A stretch of DNA of 62,682 nucleotides, filler included, from Platydemus manokwari (taxonomy: Eukaryota), in the NCBI GenBank assembly GCA_037951405.1. It is 6 parts of 6 records of this genome, joined end to end, with 100 filler letters (N's around TTAATTAATTAA, not from the genome) between each part and the next. Parts side by side here need not be neighbours in the genome. Positions count along the whole stretch, not along the records: positions 41,126 to 51,967 come from JBBMOY011101331.1; positions 52,068 to 62,682 come from JBBMOY011119552.1; 4 more parts are not named here. One strand, written 5' to 3'. Shown piece by piece: positions 41,301 through 53,526 of this stretch. The position numbers and the translations under genes were made by a program. The stretch's first letter is position 1. The number at the start of each line of letters is the position of its first letter. Under the pieces are notes generated by a model. The model was not told the origin of the DNA, ran no database searches, and saw only the letters and a list, made by a program, of their open reading frames with translations.

Positions 41301-44300
41301 GAATGACATTGTGTTTCGGGAGCTAGTTAAGAGAATATTTGTTAAAGACACGGACGAAACTTACCCAATTTCGAATTCCGATTAACAAAGCTTCAATAGG
41401 AATATTTATAATAAGTTGTTGCTTCTAACAGGTCTATTTTTAAAATGATATAATTGAAAACTTAATCAAAAATATTTTTATCTAATATTTATATTAAGCC
41501 AGTCTGACAGTAGCATTGGGTTTCAAATTTTTAAAACAACATTAATAATAAATGGCAATTGATAGTGTGAGGATTTGCAAATTTAAAAGTATCATAAATT
41601 AATATCAAAAGATATTAATTTGTTTATATAGTTGTGTTTAAGCAGATAATTTAGTGTCGTGATTTTTCAATCGTTTTTAAAGAGTTCTAGAATAAAAGCG
41701 GCTTACATAGTGACCACTCATTTGGATTCGATGCTGAGAAGGTCTATGATATGGAAGTACATAAAAGGAATAATATTCAATTACGATGTAGAGAAGATTT
41801 AGATAAGGTGAGGAGAAAATATAAAGAAAACAAAGAAAATTCGAAGAAGGCGTAAAGAATTTAATACAAAAATACTTAAGAATTCATGGAATATCAAACA
41901 TTTTAAGTAAAGAGAGATGTGTGGCTTTGGAAAGTTCACTGATCTTCGTTTATTTGTATATATAATTTGATTATAACAACTAGATTTTCCAGCTTGGTTT
42001 AATATTAATGAAATATCAAATTGGGTAATCTTCTTTCTTACTTTCCCGGTATTTATATCAATTTTCTCATTATACTGCTTGGTTGCTATTAAGTAGATAT
42101 TTGGTTGTAATTTCATCCAATAATTCTTTATTTAACTGTTGCCCAGAAGTTTCTAATATCTACGTAGAGTAATATATGGCTAGTATAATTGAGGCTTGAT
42201 CATTTTTATCATTTCATTTATTTATTTCCGAATTTTTAGGGTTCTATAAAAATGTTCTGAGTTTTAAGTATAACTGGCTACTGCTAAATATATAAAACTT
42301 CATTATTATTAAAAACTGAAATTAGAATTATTATTTCTAATTAGGAACCCACAACGAGAAATTATAAATTATAAATTATAATATTCGAAGAATTTTTTGT
42401 AATATTTGAATGAATATTGTTTATGACATTTGAAAAATCATATTTGACGTGGAAATTCTTCATGCGATATGTCTATAGGTATGAAACATGATAACAATGT
42501 AATCGAATATCTCATTGGAAAACATATTTCCCCTAATGTATCTGTGAAACTTCTGTCCACGAATGATGGAATCAATCAAATTCAATTGATAAATTTCCTC
42601 GCATTGACTTGAATTTCAATAAAATAAAATAAGATTTCATTCTTTTCATTTTCAATTCTGTTAAATGATATTTTTATTTGTTATCAAATGAAAATTTAAT
42701 CGAAGATCGAGTCTCATATTGGCAAAAACGTTGAAAATGTTTCTATCATTTAAATGGATATTTGTTAAAGAAAAGTTTTCACGTCAAAATTTGTCATTAA
42801 TATATAAATAATATATAATTAATATATTATTTTTAAAATAAAACATTCTTTTTGAGTTATTAAGGAATGAAAAAAATTATTTCAATTTAAAAATTATAAT
42901 CAAACAAAGCATCTAATTTAATATTTCTTTCGAGAAGTTTCTTAAATATAAAGCAAAGCCTTTAAATAATAATTATTCTAAATAATAATAATTATTATTA
43001 ATTAATTATTGATTATTATTATAGATAACCATTTTTAACTCTCAAATTGATCTAACTTCTTCCTAATAAAAGTACTTACATTGAATTTCTTTCCATTAAC
43101 TTGAGTTTAGTTATTTAAGGTTTGTTTAACTACATCACATAAACAGTTCAATAATTACTTATGGATTAAAGGCTTTATGTTAAAGAAGGCTCCTTTGGCT
43201 TACTTTTGTTATAATGAATTTTCGCGCATGAGATTATTTTTCTAATTAAGAATAATGATATGGATATGAGCCGTTAACCAATCCAACCAATAATCTAAAA
43301 GAGAAATTATCGATCGAAAAATATTAAATAAAAGGAAAGCAAAGTAATTTTAATAGAGAACAAATATATTTACTCCTCGAATATTGTTGCAGAGCAATTT
43401 TTCGGTTAATGCTAATGTACACTGAAATTATTTATCCTCTTTGGATTGAATATTGTCCAACTAATGAATTAGTTTATACGAAATAATAAAATTCATTGTT
43501 TGATGAGTAATACATTTTAAATAAAATAGTTTTATAAATTAATATCAAAATATAATCATTTGTTTAAATAATTATTTTTCAACAGATAATTTGTTGTCCT
43601 GACTTCTCATTTACTTTTCGATGTTTGTTTTTTAAAATAATTGCGGCCTACAAATTACGTTAAATTTAACAGCCCTAATATCGCTAATGACAACTAGGAT
43701 CTCTCGACCTTCAATGCTTGACGCGATAGCAAGGCCACTTGTGACTTTTAGCACTCTCATAATTAAATGTTCCAGCTGTTCTAGTACCGTTAATAAAGCT
43801 TAAAAAATATTTTTTGTACAAGAAGATATTGTTATTAATCAACATCATTGTTGTCGATATTTATTTCATTCTATGAAATATTAGTTAGTTTATTATGATC
43901 ATTTGTTTTACGCTAGCTATATCTATACATCAATGTTTGGAGTCAAACTGATTAAAAAATTCAATATCTGGCATTGTTAATTAAACATTTGCACCATTTT
44001 AAGGTTTTCCTAACTATTAAATATGAAATTCTTTACTTTTCCAGATCGATAAAAATTCTAAAGATTTTGTGAAAAGAATCTTTGAATAATCGATCAGGTC
44101 ACATCAATGAAAACAAATAAAACAATGAAATCATTTCATAAAAGTAAAATTCTTTAGAATAACGATAATGATGATGATTGTTCGATATTGTTCCCTTGAA
44201 TAAGATCTCAATCTGTAATGTGTTGAGATGGTAAAGAATTATCTGGCATGAAAACTTTTTGAAAATTATCATTTATAAATCTATTCAGATCGATAAAAAT

Positions 44301-45604
44301 TAAAATGAAATTCATTTTCACCAGAGAAATTTGATAATATCAATAAAGAATGTTTGGAGTTTCTCCAATATTTTTATATAATTCAAGAATATCAGCCAAA
44401 TGCTGAATTATCCAAAGATTTATTTATTTTAAACAATGAATTGGAGAAATCTATTTTTATAAACTGATATGATTGATGTTTATCAGTGAATATCAATTAT
44501 TTTGTCAACTAACATCACCGAACTGATTAGGTATAATCAATATATTATGAAGTGGTGGGCAATTTATGAGTTTGAAAGAAAACATTATTTGTTATTATTA
44601 AATATTGAATCCGTTACGCTACGTTAAAGGAATTGATAATGAAGAGAAAAACCTTTTTCAAATTCTACAATATTCCTTAGTGTCAATGAAAATACTTCAA
44701 TGATGCCATGAAATGTTTACAAAACAACAAATACATGCTTTCATATAAGACCATGTGACATTCCACGAAACATCATTTGCATTCCCTGGAAATGCTTAAA
44801 AATCGAACGATTTAGCAGTAATAAGCTTTGATAATATCGATCATTTAGAGGTGATGAAAATGTTTTGGTAATTCTTGTTGAAGCAAATTACAAATATTTA
44901 TTACTTTTATTGCTTTAATTGACTTGGCTTGACTATTTTCCATAAATACTTTATCATGGAAATCAATAAATCATTTCATTAAAAATATCAGATCAAATCG
45001 AATTCTTATTGTGCAGCATAATATCCAAAATTATCAACTCAAAATCTAATTGATCAAATAATACACTGCTAATAACGTAAAATAGTTTAGCGCATCTAAA
45101 ATGTCTACAATTTGAAGTGATTGATTTTATTCTAATACCAATCTATAATTTAGTCCATTCTATGAGAATCAATGCTGTTTATTCAATAAGCTCTGATCGA
45201 AACTTCAATGATATGGATAATATTATTTCAATTCACAAAAATGTTTAAATGCATTATAATAGCCAGTTTTAGTTCGAAATTATATGGTTAGGGTTCGGGT
45301 TAAAAACAATGAATTAACAGTTACAATCTTTTTTATATATGTGAATAATACTTTTAAGTTTTACTTTTTGTGTTGAATCGACAAGTTAATTGAATTTTTA
45401 TGTGTGTAAAAGTAATTTTACAAAAAAGGGTTATAATAATAACAAGTTCATTAATAATATTGTAACAATTTTTTATGGAGACGGCTGGATAGTCAATTTT
45501 GATACATTGAGATGTATCAATATAGTTTTAGAAACTTTAATCGAAATGTTGTAAATCTTTTTCGATACATTTGACATGCTGTCATACGTATCAAAATCTT
45601 TATC

Positions 45605-46469
45605 AAATTTTATAAATGATTAATGAGTGCAATTCCAGACGGAGTAAAAATGAAAATATTTATAATATTGATAATTTATATAAAAATTACGTAATAAATT
45701 ATTATTTGAAATGGCAACAAAATTAATAATATTAAATAACTAAAGGGAATAATATTAAATTATAATATTTTTAGCATTAAAAATCTATAGTGATTTAATT
45801 TGACGATCAATATTCGGGGAAACCCATGGGGAATTTTAAATATGGTAGCGATTTTAATCATTGAAGCTTGACGAGTAAAAATAGTATAAATACAAGTTCA
45901 AACACCAGAACTTGCCCGGCCCGTTATAAGAAACCACTAGATTACAGTGCGTTCGTAAAGAAGCTATTAAGACGAATCTCTCGAAATTAGAAGAATTGCT
46001 CGACCACAGATCATACGCCATTTTATGCCAATTTGTTTTATGCCAAATTGCTATTTCAAGTAGTAAGTCCGATGTTGTGTAAACCACTGATTATCTATCT
46101 ATAGTACGTATCGTATAACCTTCTATTATAGAGTTTTACTCAAATACCTTTGGTAACTGGTTTTACGCCAAGAGCAGGCTGTATTAACCGCTATCATCTG
46201 TAATTGTTAGGTTTAGCCGTCATCCAAATTTAGCATTTCTGTATAAAAGTATTCCAAATTGTAAATTTGTTATTGTACCAATAAACCTTTATTTAGCCGA
46301 ACGTGTTGAATTGTCAATTGATATTTTGAAGTTCAAACTATCGAGACTGATTAGGATTAAATTAGAACTCGCCAGAGACTGATCAAGACAACAGTGATCC
46401 ATGAGCAAAATCATAATAACATTTTGAGACTGATAAAAAACCTTAAAACAACAAGCTCGAAACCCATTA
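45605..46469 (+). mobile_element. Solo LTR related to the LTR at 61688-62682
   Basis: Collinear blocks shared with the reverse complement of 61688-62682: CATGGGG, TATAAATA, CAGAAC.TGCCC, AAGAAACCACTAGATT, TTGCTCGAC, AGAGACTGATCAAGACAAC, TTTGAGACTGAT, CGAAAC.CAT.A end. No PBS follows. 5' boundary approximate. Confidence 0.75.
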
Positions 46470-47221
46470 ATACAATTTAGTTTTTCTTCACCAGTGTGCC
46501 TTGATATCCTTGGGAAATATGGGTTGAGTGAAATATATAAGGGATAATTAACAGTACCATATTGGTAATAAGAGCTTGTAAAGCATCTGTAATACTTCCA
46601 ATAAAAATTAAAAGTAATTGGTCAGGGTGTAATCATTTAAAAAAAACCGAAGGCCAAGACAGTCAAAAAAATTAGGAATGGGAAGATTGATATTATACTC
46701 GTACAGTAAAACAGGGAATGTAAAGAGGACCATGACTGTTAGTACGTTGCAAGTAATGGATAAAGAAATCTTCCGAAACAAAATCGTCAAGAAATACCAC
46801 CATATATAATAAATGGGACAAAGAATAAGTGGTCAATAACATTTGACAACAGTGGAGAAGTCTGAAAAAGCCCGGATGAAAATCAAGAGGGTAAAAATAA
46901 GTCAAAGATGGACAGCTTTGAATGTGGATTTCGATGCATAAATTCTAAAATCATTTCCTAATCTTAATATTGTAATTCCAAATCAACAAGTACAATTTCG
47001 ATACTTGATTTTGATATCTTTCTTAATGAACAATGGCTGTGTTGATATTATTACACAATTTTGACTACTTGTACAGATTATCATTAAAATTCTTGAAATG
47101 TTTATAAAAGTTTGGTTAAAACATATTTATTCATAAAAAAAGAATATAATAATTTGTTCCTTTTGCAAATTTAATTTTTTTAATATTTTAAATCGCCATA
47201 ATAAACTCCTAACATGTTTAA

Positions 47222-47422
47222 CTCTTTCAATAGTGCGGGGATATATAAGTCCCAGAGAATGTTCCAAAATTACTGATGCGAAAAATATTCGCATTAAACT
47301 ATTGCAGGGACATATTTTCTATAAATCTGAAATTATGTAAATATGTTCCTTTATTTCTTTGCAGTAAATATAGATCAGTTATACATAAATATTTTCACTG
47401 GCCAAAAGTCGTATTGAAGGGG
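47222..47422. mobile_element. piggyBac-like MITE, ~200 bp
   Basis: TTAA on both sides (47218-21, 47423-26); imperfect TIRs CTCTTTCAATAG / GTATTGAAGGGG. Confidence 0.55.
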
Positions 47423-50400
47423 TTAATTAATCAACTAGATTAACCTTTTTGCCCATTTTGTCTGAAAGATGTATTAATATAAATTATTCATAGCATGATA
47501 AAAATTCTACTCGTTTTCCCCTTCTGACTTGGATTCACCCATATCCTTGGCTTTCAATTTTTCTAGTGCTGCTCTTATTCTGCCTTCTTCAATATAGTCT
47601 AAATGATATAATTTACAAACAAAATAACTGCAAATATAAAGTTACAATAAGGTAAAGCCATTTCAGAATATATTAGAATAAATTTATGCGTATATATATA
47701 TACAGATTTATAACAATAGCTTGATTTTGATTGGTCTATTTTTGTTATGACCTAAAGAATAAAAATAATTCAATCATATCCTGTTTACGACATCAATCAT
47801 TTCATATTAAATCGTTATTGTTTAAATAATTGTTTCGATTATTTGGTAATATCTTGTACAATTTTAATGAGGCATAGTCGATGAGATAATCAATTATTGT
47901 TAATCGATAATATGGAGGAAATAAAGAAATGAGTAGAATTAATCAATTTTAAAATTTATATTTGATTGCTCGCCGTCATTATCATTCATGTTCTACAAAT
48001 ATTATTAGTGAATATTTTTGTTTTCTATTATTACTCTCACTATATATTTATCATGAAAACAAATTTCTATATATTCTAAAGTCAATCTGTATTTTAGCAA
48101 AGAATTAATGCGATTTCGTGTTATTTATAAAGATTTATTCTAATATCTTAATAGTTATTGATTATTTTCATGTTCTATTGTTATTGTAGTATTTTTTTGT
48201 GTGATAGTGCTATCGGAAAACACATAAGATGTCTATTAACTCGCTAATATTTTCGATAGACTTCGATAAATTTCTTCAAAACTTAATGATGTCCGTGAAG
48301 AGTAACTTAAAGGGAAGAAATTTTGTCCTTATTATCGGTTTTTCTATATTTTCTATCATTATCTACACTATTTGAGACCAAATTTGCCTTGAAGCTGTCA
48401 ATTTTCACCATAAAACTGGTCTCATGGGTCTTTTTTTGTGCAATCCTCTGTAATTATCATGTTTATATTGTTTGTTAGAAAATTTATTATTTACAATAAC
48501 AAAGTTTCAGTCTCTAATCTTCGAACAATCACTAACATAATAAGTAGCCACGTGACAGTGCTGAATAGATCATACAGCCAATACTGTTATCAAACACCTA
48601 TTCAATATTTGAACATTTTATCTCTAGATTATTTGGTTTATTCGAACAATAAAATATTCAAATTCATCACAAATGCTGGTTCCATTCATTCATAAAACCA
48701 GATCCCATAGATAAACATAAACATAAACATTATTATTTTTAATAACCGGATGTATAAAATATTTTTGATTGATATAACTTAATATTTTATCTACAAATCA
48801 AGGTTGCTATACCATTTTCTAACATTTCACACTAGTGATTGATACAATAGAAGCTCATAGATTGTTATTGTTTTATCACACCATTTTAAAATAATTTGAG
48901 TTAAAAATATCTTGGTGCTTGTTTATTTTAAATTTGTAACGGTCACAAGGCTTTTTATGATATTTTTGATGTTTTAAAATTTAGCTACAATTAATTTGTC
49001 AGTTATTAAATTTAGCCTTGTAGTATTGCTTTGGCAATGTTTATTACTTTACTAGCTTGTTTTCACTAATGATATCGTTTTTGAACTTTTTATAGTCCTT
49101 CAGTATATTTGTTTAAAAATTAATTTGTTGCATTGAATCAAAAATTTTAAAGACTGTTTTAAAATATTTTTTATATTAAATTATTTTAGATTTTTTGTTT
49201 ATTTACAATTAATAAATCTATCATTTATGAATTTATCATGAGATTAATTATTTTTTGTATTTAAGTAATTTGATATATCTAATCAATGTTGTGTTTAAGT
49301 TATGGTTTTGCATTGATCTATCGAAAATATTAAGGATTCAATAGTTAACGTGTTTTATGTCATTTCAATCCGAAACCTAGATTAATAAGTATGACATTTC
49401 ACTTGTCAAAATCAATAGGCATCTATTTCATATTCCCTTGACTTGAAGATCATTTGGCATCATTTAATAAGCCAATATTCTTCCAATGATTCGAAACCAA
49501 AAGAATGATAATAATGATAATAAGAATGATAATAATAATAATAATATAATAATAATGATAATAATAAAAAATAATAATAATTTATTTTATCTCAAAGTCA
49601 TTTACAACACAAACAATTCTCTAATACAAATAAACGAGAATATTTTAGGAAAACATGATTCCAATCAATAAATGTTATTATCACTACGTTAATATCCTCC
49701 ATTGATTTTAAAGGTTCATTTGGAATGATCAATTTTGAATATCTAATTCCAAGTTTTGTTTTTCTGTGACACAAAAGGTCAATTTATATCGCATAAACAC
49801 GTTTCAAGCATATACCATTATATGATAACTGTGTAATGTATCTTTAAAATATAATAAAACAAATATTGTGGAGCATTTAGATTTGTTAAAATTAAATGCG
49901 AATTGAATGTCAATAAATTGCGTATTTAGAATTGTATCCGACCATTTTGTGACTGATTATCATGAGGTCACACCATTTCATATGAATTTCACATAAATAT
50001 TCTTTTTATTTTTATCATCATTCAGTAATAAGAAATACTTAATCATAATCATTCTCCAATAGCTCGTAATTAAATAAAATTCGTATTATAGTATTTCACC
50101 AATTGAATATGAATTGTTTAGTTTCGCTTAGAATTTACCACTTTGATCAATCTTACCAAATGTCTGTCATTGCGGAACACATTTTATTTTGATTATAAAT
50201 CTTTAGTTCATAAGATATTACCAGATTCGATTTCTAAATAATGTTAATTATTTTTATAAATCGTTTGATTGGTTTTTAATTGTCAGTAATATCTCAGTGA
50301 TTATTTCGGCTTGTGAGGATTTCATTTTTATATTAAATTCAAAGATTTTAGGTTAGGGTTAGGGCGTAAAGAGAAGTAAAAAGAGATAGTCACTCTACAA

Positions 50401-51176
50401 AGATTATCAAGTCAGTGTGTCAGCCATGAGTTCCCGAGAAGGTTTATGAAATATGTAAAGAGCCACATAGTGGAAATAATAAAGAAAATCTACCTCGCCG
50501 TAAAAGCAAGGTGGACGGATCATTATCTTTTTGAACCTAAGGAATCAAAAGAATTAAGAAGAGACGAGGAATAAACAAAGGTGAAAATCCCGTTCAAGAA
50601 AAAAGAGCAATGCAGGAAAGCAGAGATACGTAATAAAGAGAAAACAACGAAAAAAAGGAAACTGGGAAGACTCAAATACCATCACAGATAAATCAAGAAG
50701 AGCCCAGACCATCCACAAGTAGAGGGACAGAAGAATGTCAACCATCCACCAGTAAAAGGATCAAGTTGGAGGAAATCGATATAAAAGAGGAGATACTATG
50801 GGAACCCCAGAGTCTGTAGAGATTCTTGCTTTTGCGTTGTCATTTTTCACTTCACTTGTCAAAGATCTGCCAACTGTTGTTAACATAACACAACACCAAT
50901 ATGCATTTATTTTATACTCCCTTTTATATGAATATCAGATGTCGGCATTTATTAAAGTAATATTCTTGGTAAGATTTGAGAAAAAAGAACTTTGAATAAA
51001 ATAATAAATTACTAAATACAATTATTTGAGTAATCTGTAAACATTTTGAGAAAAATTCTGTACGCCATTAAACGGATTGTTTATTAATATAGATTATCGT
51101 CGAAATGCATTTTCTTTTTATAGACGTTAAACCCAATTGTCAATTTGTATTGCGATTGTACACGCTGCTTGTTTGA

Positions 51177-51967
51177 ATGAAGCCCACGACGATGACGAAG
51201 GTTAATGAAAATGCAAGAAGCAATGACGCAACCAGTGCTAATCCTGTGTCAAGCACTGATGACGCAATGCCACTTAATTTGGGTGGTATGACGAAAATGC
51301 TTTTTGAAATGATTACAAAGGGAATCGAAGAATATTTGAAAAGTAAGGATTTTTTAAAACAATTTAGGGATTTTTGTCCAAGTTTGGAAAATACTGAAGA
51401 ACGAATTTCTAATGATGCCTTGATTTCAAGAATGAATTCTGTTGAAAAAAGTATGTCTGTTTTAAATTTGAAAATTGATAATTTTATTAATGATTTTCCT
51501 AATTTGAATAATGTTTTTGATTCTGATAATATTGTTAATGATTTATTTTTTTATAAAGAAAATACGACCAAAAATATTAATAAGTCTGATAATAAGAAAT
51601 TATTTACTAATTTATTTAATGATAATGTAATTAATAAGTTAAGTAATGATGATTTTAAAATTTCGAATAATGATGGTTACGTTACGGTTGGTAAAAATGG
51701 GAAACCGTTGAAACCAACTAAAACTAAATCCAAGCCAAATACTGACCATAAAACTAAAAAGTCTTCTAAATATCCTAGTATCATTGACTATAAATTTGTT
51801 TTAAGAATTTTGACTAAAAATGAAAAGAAAAGATTATTTGATTCTTTTCCAATTTTATTGATTTTAAATAAATTGAAAGATGACAAAACAAAATTTGATA
51901 TTATAAATCATCAATTAAAATATTGTAAAATTTCTGATAATCTTCTTAATATAAAAAATCTCGTTTC
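51177..51967 (+). mobile_element. Open ORF resembling non-LTR retrotransposon (LINE) ORF1, truncated by gap
   Basis: >260 intronless open codons; coiled-coil (LISRMNSVEKSMSVLNLKID), FPNL, and GYVTVGKNGK followed by a basic tract, a layout common in LINE ORF1 N-termini. No diagnostic domain reached. Confidence 0.5.
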
Positions 51968-52067
51968 NNNNNNNNNNNNNNNNNNNNNNNNNNNNNNNNN
52001 NNNNNNNNNNNTTAATTAATTAANNNNNNNNNNNNNNNNNNNNNNNNNNNNNNNNNNNNNNNNNNNN

Positions 52068-52586
52068 CGTATAGTAGTACCGTATAAGTAGTAATTTATA
52101 ATCACCTAGTTGTATATCTGTAGTAACAATATAAATTTCCTAAAACACAATTTGAGTTGGCTTTTAGAATTGATATAAGGTATCACAATTTCAAAGTAGT
52201 GATCGTCATTGTCATACATCACCTTTTACTGTTATTGGGAATAATTTTGATTAATTTAAAGAGACTGATTTAAAATACGAGTGAGGACCGAGTAAAAGTG
52301 AATAATATTAAAATTAGTACGATTAAGTTACAGTTAAAGCATCAAAATCGATTTCTACGCCGATCCACTTATCGTCATATAAGAAGTGATCGTCGAAGCT
52401 AAAGAACATCAATAATCATAAGGTTTCACTGCTACCTGAGGGTCAATAACAGACTCAGAGCACTGATTAAGTCGTAGATTCGATTCAATCAATTAAAACA
52501 AAGAAATAATAATAACAAGAAAGAGAGTGACCCCCAAAAGCAACAACTGGTGTCCCGAGTGAGGATCGAACTCACGACCTTCAGAT
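52068..52586 (+). mobile_element. Gypsy-type LTR segment (ends ..GCAACA 52545) followed by 39-nt tRNA-Met complement
   Basis: Similar to LTR 61688+ (TAGTTGTAT, GAGACTGATT.AAATAC, ATAAGGTTT..TACCT..GG, CCCC.AAA..CA-AC-TGG end). 52548-52586 is the reverse complement of ATCTGAAGGTCGTGAGTTCGATCCTCACTCGGGACACCA. Confidence 0.75.
52548..52586 (-). tRNA. 3' half (positions 38-76, CCA encoded) of elongator tRNA-Met; retro-copied fragment, not a functional gene
   Basis: A-TCTGA-AGGTC-GTGAG-TTCGATC-CTCAC-TCGGGAC-A-CCA matches the conserved metazoan tRNA-Met(e) 3' half. No 5' half upstream. Confidence 0.8.
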
Positions 52587-52739
52587 ATTTAAGGACTTCG
52601 TTGGGACATTTACTACTTTATTTCATTCTGTTTATCAACTTAACTCCTTTGATATCACGGACGCCTATGACTCTAAGAAAATAGACAGATCTATAAACTT
52701 TTTTACCCACAATTATTTTTCCATGCGTTAATTCAATAT

Positions 52740-53526
52740 TTCTTTTACTTAATTTCTCTAAGTTGACTGCTCCTCGTAGACAATTTTCCCATTATAATCC
52801 ATTAAGCTTATCCACACAAGATACTCTTTGTTATTGGCACCCGTTAAGGAAACGGATGAAAAAATTATGCACAAAGCGATTAATTTCATTGGGTTTCCGG
52901 ATAAACATCATTTTGTTTTTCGGTTCAGAAAAAGAAATTTGTAAAGGGCTATTGGTCTGATATGGGTTGGGTTCTCGAACTTTAACCGGATCGGGTTGAT
53001 CTGGTTCGAAAGATTTGATCATAATAGCATATGGAAAATGATTTCTTTCTGGGGGCCTAAATATACGAAAGCTGAAGAATACGACTCGATGTCTATTTTT
53101 TCTGAGTGAAACTTGAGATTAATTTCTGCTTGCGCATTAGGGATAATTAAGGTTGACAGCTGAAAGGGTAGAACAGCAATGATGCTGTGGATACTAAAAC
53201 TCCCTTGTTCTTGAGAGTAAAGAATTATAGCCGATCTTCTTAACTGTGATGCTGCCTTTAAACAGTTAGAGTAATGATTTATGGTGTTGAAATTTCTCTT
53301 TGATACTCCAAAGAGTTAGGTTTGCTTCAGTCTTGATACTGTTATAAAACATTCGAAAGAAGTACTGGATGACAGTTGTACTAGGTCACAAATCTTTAAA
53401 ATAATTATAAAGCAAAAAAGGGACAAATTTACTTACCTGTAGTTGTTAATTGATAGATTTTGTCACTTTATTATGAAATTTGAAGGGTTGCTGCCCGGTT
53501 TTATATGCTTTAGGAGCTGTAATCAT
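52740..53526 (-). pseudogene. Decayed two-exon ORF of unknown family, 3' of the Gypsy integrase
   Basis: ATG 53526; CAG|GTAAGT..AAG intron 53436-53394; about 155 codons with only two TAA, then a frameshift near a C5 run into the ORF 53022-52831. Confidence 0.45.

Noticed and set aside
44150-44410. Exon-intron-exon-like pattern on - strand (intron 44321-44281)
   Set aside because: All phases hit stops; no recognisable family.
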